A DNA stretch of 64,000 nucleotides from Lama glama (GCA_028534125.1 CM052817.1:29390001-29454000), one strand, 5' to 3'; positions 1 to 13,389 are shown, numbered from the stretch's first letter. A program made the numbers and translations. Notes: a model not told the origin generated them from the letters alone.

Positions 1-984
1 TACTTAGTAACTTGGCCAATATCATGTAGTGCTGAGCAGAGTAGCTTGTATTCTCTGACTTCAGAGCTGGTCGCTACCGTCTGCAGACTAACTCTTGACT
101 CCCAGTCCTCCTTGGCTCCCATCGTGGGCCTCAGTGGGGTGAATACAGTGTGGGCACCTTCAGGAAGACTGCCACAGCTGAGGTGTTGATGTGACCAAAT
201 ACATTAGAGATGCCAATAGTTTTATCATTTTAAGGCAGTATCAATGCACATCTATTTATCTAATGAGAACAATGACCAAGAGATTGTAGAGGAGTTTAAT
301 AAACACAGAGAAGCTTCTGTTTATTTTTACACAACTCTTCCCTCTGACAGCTGCTATTTGCTTTAAAAAATGCTGAAATTGTGTCTTTGGAGAGCATGTG
401 TACTAAGGATATATGAAAGTAATGACAGGTTCACAGGAGCAGTCGGAAGTGCTTTTTCATTCGCCACAAGTGAGTGTTAATAAATAAATGGTTACACCAA
501 AATATTCAGGGCATTCAATGCCTAGGACTTGTATGAATGTGGTGTTTTGGGGTTCCAGGATCTGGGAATAAGTAAAATTCTGAGGAGTTACTCTTTGTCA
601 TGAGAGCATATGGATCCCGAGGAGGAAACATACGCTGATAGATTGAATTGTGGAAATAGTTGTTACCCTCTACTCACTAGGACTACTCTGCTTATATGGT
701 TACAGGCTTGAGTAGACATGAACTCACGTGTGTAAACATCCTGAATTTCCTCAGCTCGATTCTATATAAGTGAGTGTAACCATCTCCTTAGGGCTATATC
801 TATGCAAGATGAGTTCCATTGTGATTATTTGGTTTGGCCCTTACCAGTATCCCTAAGAACTCCCCAAGTTACTCATGACTGTTAGCTTTTATAATCAATA
901 TTTGCATAACCTCTGAGTCACAGATTCTCAATATAAAGTTAACAGGCAGTTATCAATCCCCTATTAAATACAAAGCAATTTAAG

Positions 985-1100
985 AGCATTTTATGTGTAA
1001 CCTTTCTTTTAATCTTTATGACAGTTCTATGAGATGGACACTAGTAATTACCCTTGTTTTATAAGTGAAAAATGTGAAAAATATTAAGAGACTGAAAAAT
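985..1100 (-). mobile_element. MIR SINE fragment
   Basis: 'tttaatctttatgacagttctatgagatggacactagtaattacccttgttttataagtgaaaaa' resembles the reverse MIR core. Confidence 0.55.
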
Positions 1101-2479
1101 GTATGCATATATGTGCCAAGAGACATATACAAGGGTTTTTAGGTAAGCCCTTCATAATCCCTAAAATCCCAAATGACAATCTGTCGTAAATTGGATACAT
1201 GCATTATGGTAAATGTCCACCAGGGACATTGATACAATAGCGAAAATGAATGAGCTTTGGAAATGTGCAATAGCATGGTTAATTCTTGGTTTCATAATGC
1301 TGAATGTTTTAAATTTAAATATTAGAAGTCTTAGAAAACTACATGCAGCTTGAAGTTCTTTAAAAAAATTCAAACATAAACTCAGCCACACACACACACA
1401 CATGTGCACACACCTCTACACATAACCAGTATTAAAATACGGGATAACAATTACTTCTGGTTGTAGACAGGATGGGAACACGTGTAATCAGGATAGGAAA
1501 AAAGCACATGAGGTACATGGGTACATGTAAATTATTTTCAAAGATCTAGTTATTGGATTTGGTACTAAATTCACAAGTATTCATTAGATTCTTAAAAATA
1601 CATATAGAAATAAATCAAATAAAAAGTGCCAGATTTGTATCAATTAATACAATGTACCATGAGCCACATATTGTGAGTAATCTCATTCTGTGTTCCTGTG
1701 CTCCATTAAAAATTATTCCCTGATATAATGATTACTCAAATAATAATTTACATTCAAGTGTGATAGTTATATGATGCAAATAATACTTACAGCTCTGGTA
1801 CTTTTGATGGTTTAGGAAGAGGGCACAACTGCATTCTAGTAGAAATAGCCCTGGACTTGGACTAAACCACAGAATTCCATTACTCATTAGTCCCAAGTGG
1901 AATGATAGATAACATGCTTTTTTTCCTCTAATCTTAATATACATAACACTAATTACTATTAGACTAGAAGTAATTAATACCTGTGATAATAGTACAAATG
2001 TATAAGCTTGCATGTGGATTAAATAAATCAAGATTAACAATTGAACGGCCTGTGTAAGATATTCAACACCAGATAAATGTATTACATTGACAGAATGAAA
2101 AACCAATAATGAAATCCCTAACTACTCCCTGGTTATATTTTTAAAACCCAGGTTTCTTCTTCCAGTAAAAGTGAAGGTGAAGGTGAGCATGTTCATTCTA
2201 CATAAATAGATGGACAGTGTGAGGAGAATTGGGAATGAGGTATGGGGAAGAACACTGGGGTGGAAGTTTGGCAAGAAAACTAATAAACTCATGGACCAGT
2301 CAGTCAAAAGGACCTGCTGGTCAGAACATCAGCCGTGGACCATTATAGAACAGTGTTCACATTGTGTGAGAATTACTGAATTCTGGAGTTTATTTGTTAT
2401 AGCAGTTTGCTTATCAGCTGACAGATCATCTAATGCTTCTCTTGCCTGCTTTCTGCTGCATAAAGAACTGAAGGTCTAA

Positions 2480-2700
2480 TAGCAAATGTAACAGAGGTTA
2501 ACAGATGGCTCTGAAGCCAGATTGTGTTGAAGCCTGGTCTACTGACTAACACCTGGAAAATCTTGGATAGTTTCTCAGTTTCTGAATTTACTCATGTGTA
2601 ATAAGGAATTAATAATGCCATCTACCTCAAGAATTGATATGCAGCTGGTATGCCTTGGTAATTATAATAAAAACACGAATGTTAATAACATGTAAAAATA
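2480..2700 (+). mobile_element. MIR SINE
   Basis: 'ggttaacagatggctctgaagccagattg...tctcagtttctgaatttactcatgtgtaataaggaattaataatgccatctacctca' is a degraded MIR core. Confidence 0.65.
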
Positions 2701-2770
2701 TTTGAAACATGTTTAGATATATGGGGCATGTGATACAACCAATATATGGTAAGTTTTAACATTTATCTAA

Positions 2771-2851
2771 TTTTTAAAATTATTTATTTATTTATTTACT
2801 TATTTATTTAGTGGAGGTACTGGGGATTGAACCACTGAGCTATACCCTCCC
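2771..2851 (-). mobile_element. Camelid tRNA-derived SINE (Vic-1-like), internally deleted
   Basis: Minus strand reads GGGAGGGTATAGCTCAGTGGTTCAATCCCCAGTACCTCCAC followed by a (TAAA)n tail, so the A-box is fused to the B-box; flanking repeat aacattta at 2758-2765 and 2855-2862. Confidence 0.8.
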
Positions 2852-4199
2852 TCCAACATTTACTTAGTATTGATAAAACCAGAAATACCCTTCAAGAAAG
2901 CTAATAAAAACAAACCTTTTGGAGGGATAGGTGGAGGTTCAGATTTTCTTTTGAGTTTTTTTTTTCAGTTCAGTGATGAAAGGTAATCCACCCTATAAAG
3001 TAGAATGCAATGTACACGTCTTTGAAGAAACAGGAACTCAGTGTCCTGTTCTCCTACAGTCTCAAGCAGGTTATTAATTTCACCTTCTTATTAAATTATT
3101 AAAGCTTTTTCCTACATAGTTTGAGAGGCATATTTGCTCACTTAATGCAGCAAAGTGTTGAGAGTAAGAATGTGTGAGAGCTCATTCTAATTTGCTCACT
3201 GGTTGATGGGCATCTTCAGTCAGTTTGCTTGATCCTACTCCTGCATTAGGGGAACATCCAACATTATATGGCCCCACGTGGCTTGTAGTACCACTTTGCT
3301 TTGGTGGATACATCTTATTGCCTAAATGGTTCATTTACACTGACCATTCATGACCATTACTTCTTGCCCCTGAGCGCTCTCAAGCTATGTTTTACTTCTG
3401 AAACATGTCCTTTTCTCCACAGTCTCTCAAGTTGTCTCCACCCCCCAACATTGCTTATAAAAATCTCATTTTCCCCATGAAACCTCTCCAGCAGGTTTAA
3501 TGAAACAAAAAGGGTATATTACTTTCCTATACAAATATGCGTAACTCCACGACTATGCATTCCATGGTTTATCTTAAATATAAGGGTTACTGAATAGCCT
3601 TCATCTCTCCAAGTACATATATGAGGCTTCTCTGAGTCAGGCTGTGGTGTTTTACTTTCAGCACTGAGACAGATGACACAGAGTTGTTAGCTGCTTTCTT
3701 ACATGGCCACATTTTAAAATTTGCCAAATTTTATAATGCTCCTTACTGAGAGATATTTCCAAGATAATACCAGAAGAGGCCATTGTGGGACTGTATGCCC
3801 AGATTTCGGGAAGATTCTTATTGCGGCTTTAAGCAGCTCCAGAAATAGCAGGACTGCTTTTTACTAGGCTCAGGTCTTTGTTTTTCTTTTATACTACTCT
3901 CTGGACATTCATAAATTCCAGGATGTCATCCTCAAATTACAAAATGCCTGTCTTCTTATTCTATTGGGAGTCACACTGGCCACTGTAGTCAGGTGTCCTT
4001 TTGATCCTGGAGAATTTTGAATTGTGCCTGAGTTAGTGATACAGTTGAATACCAGGCAAATGTGGAAGAATTCTCATGAATCAATGTCTTTTTATTTAAG
4101 GAATTAAGCAAAAAATTATAAGTAATATGGGATATTAAAAACTTTCTAGTAATGTGTATGCTTTCAGTTCTCTGTTAGTGTTTCCCTATCAAGAAACAA

Positions 4200-4410
4200 T
4201 ATGGTGTAATGGAAATTATTTTAGGCTGTAAGTTAAAAACAAAGAAAAAAATTAGTGTCTTGGCTCAGTTTTCTATTTACTCTACCTTAAGCAAATGATA
4301 TAACCGCTGGGAGTCAGCTTTTTATTCTTAAGATAGGAAGAATAAACTCTGCTTACCATGAAGTTTGCTGTGGAAATCAGGTAATGTTTAACTGGACTTG
4401 TGAAGTGCTC
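4200..4410 (+). mobile_element. MIR SINE, degraded
   Basis: 'tatggtgtaatggaa...ttggctcagtttt...accttaagcaaatgatataaccgctgggagtcagc' follows the MIR pattern. Confidence 0.5.
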
Positions 4411-5654
4411 CTTTTTACAAGAAGGAGATAATAAGAAAATAATCTGAAACAATGTGAACTTTATTCAAAGGTAAAATTATTGCTAATTTCCTTCAACATT
4501 GTTTGGTCTTTTAAGGGTGATCTGTGCATGTTAATAATTATAATTCCACTAATAGTTTTTTACCTACAGATAACATTTATCAAGAAATGAAAGACTTTAT
4601 GATCCACAGAGAATGCTTATTGTAACTAAGTAAACCAGCTGTGGACTTTTGATGTGTACATCAATATGTAGAATTTTTAGCTTCTATTTCTGCTGCATTC
4701 TGCCAGTCAAGTCTCTTCATATGATATGAAGGAAAATGAACAATTAGTAACACTTTTGATGTGTCACTCCGATGAACTTCAGAATGCTTAATATCATCTT
4801 GTTTAATTTCATGTTTCATAAAAGCTTCTCAATTGCAGGATCAATTACTTTCAATTTCCACATCAATCAGTCCAGATGGTTCTCATTATTTGCTAAGGAT
4901 AGCTGCAAACTGAAATTTTTGAACCCATGATGCATATTGTTCATCCTTGATATGGAAGGGTCCTTCTGCAGAATAAGTGGAGCTGAAAAAGTTGTGTTTT
5001 ACATTCACAAACTGAATATATTTAAAGGTTGAAAGGGACTCTAGTATTATACCCAGATGAACATTAAAAAATACAGTCTTCAGAAAAATCAAGTTATTTC
5101 CATTATGTAGTCACTGTTGAAATAAGAACATCATTTTATTTCTGACTCTAAATTGAATTTTGACTGGAAGAAAAAAAAAAGATGGTTTTGTATTGCAAAA
5201 TAAGGTATAACTTGTTCTGTAAACACTATTTGTTAGACTAAAAATGTGAGTTATACTTTGTGTGTGAGATGACTCTTTTATTGTCAGTTTTTCCTGAACT
5301 TTACTCATAGCTAGAATTATTCCAATTTGAATAGTTTGAAATATAATGTAACCAATACAGGCTAATACTTTGACTTTTTTATTGCTTTAGTTAAGAAGGT
5401 AGTTTTTATGATATCCATTTCCTTTTGGTTGCATTATCATCTGTTTCAATCATTTTTTATATTGAAAGCAATTATGAAGATTAATTTTTATTCAAACTTC
5501 TTAGATTTTAAATAAGCAATATAATGATGTGTTAAACTTGGAGGGGGAATTCATTCACTTTTCAAGTTAGTAATACATTCATTGGAGAAAGAGTACAATT
5601 ATCCTGAATTTTCAAATCATAATGGAAGTTCAGAAGAGACAGAAATAGTAATTG

Positions 5655-6370
5655 AAGGGTCAATTCATAAAGAGTTTTGACAGTTGTAAATATATATGCA
5701 TCACAATTTTGGAGAACCTAAATAGTTAAAGCAAATAGTCAAATAAATCAAGGGAGATGTAGACAACTATATAATAACAGTAAAGGACTTCAGTACCCCA
5801 ATTTCAATTTCAATAGTGGATAGATTATCCAGACAGAAAATTAATAAACAGTAGACCCAAATAACAATATAGACCAAATGAATCTAACGGACATACACAG
5901 AACATGCCATCAAACAGTGCTGGATTACACATTCTAACCCCAAGTGTATGCAAAAGATTCTCCCGGACAGATTATATGTGGGGCTGCAAAGCAACTTTAG
6001 AAATTTAATGAGATTGAAATTGTATCTACTACCTTTTCCTAGTACAATGGTATGAAACTAGAAGTCAGTAACAGGAAAAAAATGGAAAAAAATCACAAAT
6101 ACATGGAAATTAAACATACTATTGAAGAACCAGAAGTTCAAAGAAATTAAAAGGGAGAAGTATCTTGAGACAAACAAAACAAAAATACATCATTCCAAAA
6201 GTATGAGATGCAGTGAAAACAATTTTAAGAGAGAAGTTTATAGCTATAAAGGCATACATCAAGAAAATAGAAATATGTCAAACAACATAACTTTACACCT
6301 ACAGAACTAGAAAACAAAGTCCAAAATTAGCCAAAGGAAAGAAATAATAAAGATGAGAACAGAATTAATG
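5655..6370 (+). mobile_element. LINE-1 ORF2 fragment (endonuclease region and following linker), degraded
   Basis: Motifs such as 'gtggatagattatccagacagaaaattaataa', 'gacatacacagaaca' and 'ataataaagatgagaacagaattaatg' (IIKIRAEIN-like). Confidence 0.85.
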
Positions 6371-6371
6371 G

Positions 6372-8700
6372 CCACTTTCTGGCCGGCATTTGTAATTTGT
6401 GTTCTTTCTGATGACAGCCATTCTGACAGATGTGAGGTGATATCTCATTGTGATTTTAATTTGTATTTCTCTGATGATTAATGACGTTGAGCATCTTTTT
6501 GTGTGTCTATTGGCCATCTGTATGACTTCTTTGGAAAAAAATGTCTATTCAGATCTTCTGCCCATTCTTTAATTAGGTTGGGTTTTTTTTTTTTTTTGAT
6601 GTCTGATATATAAGCTGTTTATATTTTTTTGTATTAACCCCTTAGGAGTCATCATTTGTAACTTTTTCTCCCATTCAATATGTTGTCTTTTTATTTTGTT
6701 TGTAGTTTCCTTTGCTGTGCAAAAGCTTTTAAATTTAATTAGGTCCCATTTGTTTATTTTTGCTTTTGTTTCCTTTGCTTTAAGAGACACATTCAAAAAA
6801 TACTGCTATCATTTATGTCAAAGAGTGTTCTGCCTCTTTTTTTTCAGGAGTTTTGTGGTTTTTGGCTTTATATCAAGATCTTTATTTCATTTTGAGTTTA
6901 TTTTTGTATATGGTATTAAAATATTCTAATTACATTCTTTCACATGTATCTGTCCATCTTTCCAAGCACCACTTATTGAAGGACTGTCTTTTCTCCATTT
7001 TTGCCTCACTTGTTATAGATTGACTCTAAGTGCATGGGTTTTTTTCTGGGCTCTCAATCTGTCCCATTGATCTATGTGTCTGTATTATATGCCAGCCCCT
7101 TCCTGTTTTGATTACTGTAGCTTGGTAGTAGAATCTGAAGTCAGGGAGTGTGATTCCTCTAGCTCTGTTCTTCTTTCTCAAGATTGTTCTGGCTATTCAG
7201 AGTCTTTTGTGTTTCTATGTAAAATTTGAAATTATTTGTTTTAGTTCTGTGGAAAATGTCCTGTTATTTTGATATGGATTATGTTGAATCTGTGGATTGC
7301 CTTGGGTACTACAGTCATTTTAACAATATTAATTCTTCCAGTCCATCTGTTTGTATCCCCTTAAGTTTCTTTGATCAGGTTTTTGAAGTACAGGTCTTTT
7401 ACCTCCCTAGGTAAGTTTATTCCTAGGTATTTTATTCATTTTGAATGATTGTAAGTAGGATTGTTTTCTTAATTTCTCTCTGATAGTCTGTGGTTAGTGT
7501 ATAGAAATGCAACCAATTTCTGTATATTAATTTTGTATCCTGCAACGTTACCTAATTCATTGATGAGCACTAATAGTATTTTGGTGGCATCTATAGGATT
7601 TTCTGTGTACAGTGTTATATCATCTGCAAATAGACACAGTTTTATTTCCTCCTTTCCAATTTGGATTTATTTTTTTATTTTTATTTTTTTCCTCAGGGAA
7701 GGAGAGGGAGATAGGAAGGAGAGATTACACTAGAGTATGGAGAAATAAGCTAAGACAGATAATGGGGAATCTGAGTCATGGCACCAAAAGATGTTACCCC
7801 AAAAGGTAAAGACCCCAGTTCTTGTCACACCCCAAAGATAAGCTTACAATTGGGAGATAGTGTGTTGTGCAATGAAAGACTGTAAAAGATTTATTTAGAA
7901 GAGGAAAAATTCACCTCCAAGAAGAGGAGGTGGGCTGATCCAAGGGAAGAAAAACACAATTTGGATTCTTTTTATTTCTTTTTCTTCTCTGATTGCTGTG
8001 ACTAGGACGTTCAATACTATGTTGAATAAAATTGGTGATAGTGAGCATCCTTGTCTTGTCCCGAAGCATAGAGGAAATGCTTTCAGCTTTTCACTATTGA
8101 GTATGATGTTAGCTATGGGCTTGTCATATATGACCTTTATTATGCTGACAAATGTTCCCTCTGCTCCCACTTTCTGGAGAGTTTTTATCATAAATGGATG
8201 TTGAATTTTATTAAAAGGTTTTCTGCATCTATGAGATGGTCACCTGGTCTCTGTTCTTCAATTTGTTAGTGTGGTGGATCACATTGTTTGATTGGTGGAC
8301 ACTGAAAAATCCTTGCATCCCTGGGATGAATCCCACTTGATCATGGTGTATGATCCTTTGAATGTATTGTTTGATTTAGTTTGCTAATATTTTGTTCAGA
8401 ATTTTTGCATCTATATTCGTAAGAGACATTAGCCTGTAATTTTCTTTTTTGCGTGTGATATCTTTGGTTTTGGTATCAGGGTAATGGTGGCCTCATAGAA
8501 TGAGTTCAGAAGTGTTCCTTCCTCTGAAATTTTTTGGAATAGTTTCAGAAGGATAGGTGCCAACTCTTCTCTAAATGCTTGATAGAGTTCACCTGTGAAG
8601 CCATCTGTCCTGGACTTTCATTTGTTGGGAGGTTTTGTTTTGATTTGTTTTGTTTTTCCTATTACTAATCCAATTTCATTACTAGTAATTGGTCTGTTCA
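6372..8700 (-). mobile_element. LINE-1 ORF2 fragment (RT to C-terminal region), interrupted by a 289-bp insertion
   Basis: ORFs 7895-8191 ([38 protein letters not shown]) and 6569-6796 (KAKINKWDLIKFKSFCTAKET) match L1 ORF2p. Confidence 0.95.
7668..7956 (-). mobile_element. Processed retrocopy of an ERV LTR 3' part + tRNA-His PBS + leader, with poly(A) and TSD
   Basis: TSD caatttggatt at 7657-7667 and 7957-7967; poly(T) on + at 7668-7690; minus strand has AATAAA (7895-7890), LTR end ...GGGGTAACA (7792) and PBS TGGTGCCATGACTCAGATT (7786-7768). Confidence 0.8.
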
Positions 8701-9101
8701 CATTGATGATGTCACTGTTGTAATTTTAGGTGGTTTAATAGACATATAGTCAGTATTTTGATAAGAGCTGAAGAGCCAAATTTGAATGTGACCTTGATCT
8801 GAGGGAGACAACAATAAACAAGAAAACAAACAAATAGAAACTAATAATAGAGATTGTGAGGGAAATAAACAAAGTGAGGCAAAAGCTAGCAACCAGGGAA
8901 GCAATTTTCGTTAACTAACTAAGGTGTGTTAGGAACCTTCTCAGCTGAGATTTCAAAGAACAAATAATCTTACTCTCCAAAGGACCAGAAGAAGATTATT
9001 CTAAAAAGAGAAAACAATAATCACACATTCCAAGGAGTAGGAAAGGGGTTGGTATATCCAAAGATTGAGAAAGTGATTAAGAAAGTTTGGGGTATGATAA
9101 G

Positions 9102-9480
9102 TGTTATGAACTAAATATGTCTCTCCACAATTTAGTTGTTTGAAATTCGGACCCTCAGTGTGATGGTGTTAGGAGTTGGGGCCTTTGAGAAGTAATTAGG
9201 TCGTGTGGGTGGAGCCCTCATCAGTGAGATTAGTGTCATTATAAGAAGAGACAGAAGAAAAGTTGCTTCCTCTCTGCTTTTTCTGCCACCTGAGGACATG
9301 ATGAGATGAGGACAGAATGAAGTGAGCATCTGCAAAAGAAGCAGGTTCTCACCAGAACTCACCCACGCTGGCACTCTGATCTCAGAATTTCCAGCATCTG
9401 GAACAGTGAAAATTAATATCTGTCATTTAAGCCACTCCATTTATGGTAACTTGTTATAGCAACCTGAACTATCTAAGATG
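9102..9480 (+). mobile_element. MaLR solo LTR (MLT1A-like)
   Basis: Starts 'tgttatgaactaaatatgt', contains 'gtgtgatggtgttaggagttggggcctttg', ends 'ttgttatagcaacctgaactatctaagatg'; 5-bp flanks ataag/gtaag. Confidence 0.85.
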
Positions 9481-9499
9481 GTAAGAAAGAAAGGACTGG

Positions 9500-10010
9500 T
9501 ATGAAGTGTGGTTGGAGAGAGGTAGACAGGAAAATATGAAACCTGGATCTGTCATCATAAAGGAGTTGACTTTTTTTTTTTCTATTAGCAATAGAAAACT
9601 AATCAAGGAATCAGAGCAGTGTGTGGGGAGTAGAGAGTTAAACTTTTATGTGTTTTTTTTTTTTATTTCAAAATACTCCTCTGGCTACTGTGAAAGTGGA
9701 TCACTGTGGGAAGAGTTGACATATAGGGGAGCAGAGAGGCAGATTTGGATATGTGGTATTCTGAAGGAGAGACTAGATGGCTTTGACTAGAGTTAACAGA
9801 AAAAGAGAAAAATGGAAATTTGGGGACATGGATAGTGATGGAAAGAGAGGCTAGACTGAACTCCAGGTTTGGAGCAGGAGTTTCACAGGCTCCCTGTGGT
9901 GCCATTTATTGAAATTAGAAAAACTATTCAAGGGATTTTGTTTCAATTTCAGACATACTAAGATTGAGATTTCTGTTAGATATACAGGAGATTTCAAGTT
10001 GGATATACAG
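9500..10010 (-). mobile_element. LINE-2 fragment
   Basis: 'ctctggctactgtg', 'actccaggttt', 'gtggtgccatttattgaaat' and 'gagatttctgttagatatac' are typical reverse L2 motifs. Confidence 0.65.
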
Positions 10011-10074
10011 CTAAAATACTACATTTGCAATTCTCTTTCTTCAGTTGATCTTAGATGAATATTAGATAAATGAG

Positions 10075-10290
10075 CTGAGGTACAGTGAAAAGATTCCATG
10101 AAACTTAGAGCCTTCTGGGTTCACATTATGGTCTTTCCTCTTATCAATGTGACTAGACTGAGTGATAAAATCCCCCTGAGATTTAGTTTTCCCATCTGTG
10201 CAATGGTAATAGTAATAATAATACTTACCCTATATGCATAATGTGAAAATTAAGTAAAATTACTTGTACAAAGTAGCTCCAACAATGAAG
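10075..10290 (+). mobile_element. MIR SINE
   Basis: 'tttagttttcccatctgtgcaatggtaatagtaataataatacttacc' is the MIR core. Confidence 0.65.
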
Positions 10291-13200
10291 GCTATAAAAT
10301 TAAAAAAAAATGGAATCTAAATACATATGCAGTGTCCTCCATTTACTTTCTCACTTTTGAATAAAGAAGACATAGGAAGATATCCTCTATCCACTCGTCT
10401 AGTCTATAACGTTTGCACAGGTGTCTCAGTGTATAGTTAAAACTTTTTTTTTTATAATTCATCTTTATACTCTTTGGCCAATGTTACCAATTTTAAAAAG
10501 TGGCTAATTCAGGTAGTTCAAGCAAAACTTACTCTTAAGCCATCAACTCATCTTACATATATGACACTGTTTCTTTTGATATTAGTGAAACATGTTGCAA
10601 AATATTAGCTCCTTCTATGAAAACATTTCCCCCAAATTTTAAATATAAGGAGTCTAAGAATCAATAACTTGCTCACAAGTCCTAGAGCCAGGTAAAAATG
10701 TCAGCCACAAATCTGAATTGTAACACTGTGTTACATTGATTTGAAGATGTAGGCATTTATAAACACCTTTAACCTATTCCCATTCTGCATGGATATAAAT
10801 ATATTATGTACTCCTGGCGGCAAGGTTTTTGTTGTAGTTTGTTATAGTGCTTTTGTAAAGAAGAACAGAATATTTTTTCTCAGTCACAGAAAATATAGGT
10901 GTGAAGTTCTCTTGACCCTTGATAGTTCTGTTTTTTTTTTAAGGTGTTACTGAAAAAAGAAAGAAAAAACTTACAAGAGAAAGAAAAATAACCTCTTTTA
11001 TAAATTAAAAAAAATCTATGTTAGCCATTGCTACCTGAAAGAAAAGACGGTTCAACAGAAATGACAGTTCATAATCAAATTCAGTGAAGAGGCAGGAGTT
11101 TGAAAACAAGCACTGTAATGAATGAATATATTCCTCTCTTCTGAATCTGAGAGATTGGCTGTCCTTGTAAAAACACTAGAGCTGCTTCAATTTGGACTCA
11201 TTTTGTAACTCAATTTCAGCTTAATAGTACATGGGACCTTCTGTATTTTTGTCCAGAAAGCAGAAGGCATTTTCTATTACGTAAAACTAAATATCTTTGA
11301 AGGGGATGCCAGATATTCAATTATGTGTGGTATTCTCAGTAAGTAAGACCACCTCTCTGTTCTCCAAGGGTTTTTAAATTTATTTGGATTAAATCATACC
11401 ACGGGCTAGAATTCTCTAAGGCTTATTAAGGATGTATAATTAAAGATGAGTAATTCTTTTCCATAACATCAGACAACTAATCTTCTATAAAATAATTTTA
11501 AGAATTTCTACTAAGTATGGGACGTTTTTGGTCACCCATGTCTGAAAACAGACTTCAAGGAGACTATTCATTTTCTTTGTATAAGACAAAGGACTGTACG
11601 TTGACATCGTTCTTCAGAAGTAAAAACTATTACCTGCATTAGGTAGTCCTTTCCCTTCCCCAGAAGTCCCAGGGGTAAGTAGAGATTTATACAAGGAGTC
11701 ATATATCTGTCTCCGGAAAGTAGAGGGAAGAACTTTTAGTAACTTGGTATTACTTAAAATTAAATGTTTTAGTCCTATAATTAAGATTGGGTATGGTAAC
11801 TGCTTTCCCCTTACTGTGATCCCTTCTAAACCCTTGGGTTTCTCAGTACTCTGAGTAGACTCTAAAACATTTTTGCATTTTCAGAACTAAAGTTCTGAGT
11901 GATTTGGGAATTAATACCCCATAACCTGCCATGAGGTAGAGTCATCTGTCTGGTAGTATCGTTTGTGAGTTTTCTCTATTTTCATAAAAAGGAGGGATGA
12001 GAAAATTTCCAGATTTGCTTGAGGATGGACCCAAGGCAATGATCAATCATGGTCAAAGTTACTGTCCTACCTACTTTGGTATAAAAGGAATTTTTTTTTT
12101 TTTGTATCTCATTGTCTATTCAAAGACAGTGAAGACTGAAAAAAAGTCTTTCGGACAATTGGGGCATTTGAAATGCCAGACCAGTGCCTTTGGTGTCCTA
12201 CAATGCCTCACAAAATTATAAAGTTTTATGAATAAGGCTCACTCTCTTGCCACTGGCTGGAGCAAGTGGTAGTTTATTCATTCACCTTGATGTAATTCAG
12301 ATAGACCCTATGGACATAATTATACAGACACACCTATTTGAGTTTTCCTCCACCAGCTGTTATCTGCATCATGTAAAGTTCTATCTCAGCTCACTCTTCC
12401 TGCAACTCCCTTATGTCACCCCCCCCCCCATTTTCCCTCTATTTCTGCCCAGTGTCACTTAAATGGCTCATTCAACTTGCTTATCTGTATCCTTCTTTGC
12501 CTTTTGGCTCACTGCTTGTTTTCTTCTAACTGCCTTAGAAAACTTGGCAAATAACTGGTACTTTAGCCTCATTTGGCCTTAAGAGTCTCTCACAAATGTT
12601 CCTTTGGACAGCCCATATAAATGGTAGTTAATATATCTGAGCACCAACTTCTCTCACTTCTGTTTTCTTATTCCTCCCCATTGCTAAGACAATGGAAGGG
12701 GAAGAGTCTAGACATTTTTTTCTGCCTTAGAAGAAATGACCTAAAATTTGCCATAGATCTACAAATATTTTCATTAATGATGACCTCTGGGTGATCTAGA
12801 ATATGATGATAAACCATATGTATGTGTGCATGTGTATATTTTTCATAGATATCTGTATAGAGAGATTTGCTAAACATCTGAGTTAATACCATTTTTATAA
12901 AATGAAGTGTGAGGGTTAAAATCTAGTGAACAAAAGAGAACTATATATTCATGATTTGGAATCTTTTCTACACAATTCCTTGAAGAATTGCTTAACTGCT
13001 AATTGTTTCTGCTTCCTCTGCCAAAAAGACTAATATTTGGACTTAAAATGAAAAAGAAAACCTTGGTAAGGGAAAGTGGAACTTCTTCAGGAAGTAACTA
13101 TAGAGCACCCTACAGGGAGAGTGAATCAGATTAAAACAATCACTGTAGGAATTATCTTGTTAGAGAATATCCAGCCTGGCCTTGGGGGAAAACGTATCTC

Positions 13201-13387
13201 TCTCTTGCTGCTTTGTTTCTTATCTCTTTGACTGTGCCAATTCCTACCTTAATAAAACTGTTGCTCATTCCAGGAATGTGTCTCTCATAGGTGCTGCTAT
13301 CTGTTTCAACTGATCTTCCTCATTCAATTATATTTCATTCAGGTCTTCCTCTGCCTTCACAAAAATTCTCTGAAAATAAATAAGTAA

Positions 13388-13389
<2 letters not shown>

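Noticed and set aside
3261..3353. Gypsy RNase H-like 'FIYTDH' word
   Set aside because: The surrounding residues do not fit; a short motif is insufficient.
7768..7786. tRNA-His 3' end with CCA on + strand as a tRNA gene
   Set aside because: Only 19 nt and adjacent to an LTR end, so it is a retroviral PBS.
13110..13300. LTR-like stretch with AATAAA at 13251
   Set aside because: No identifiable termini, TSD or family.
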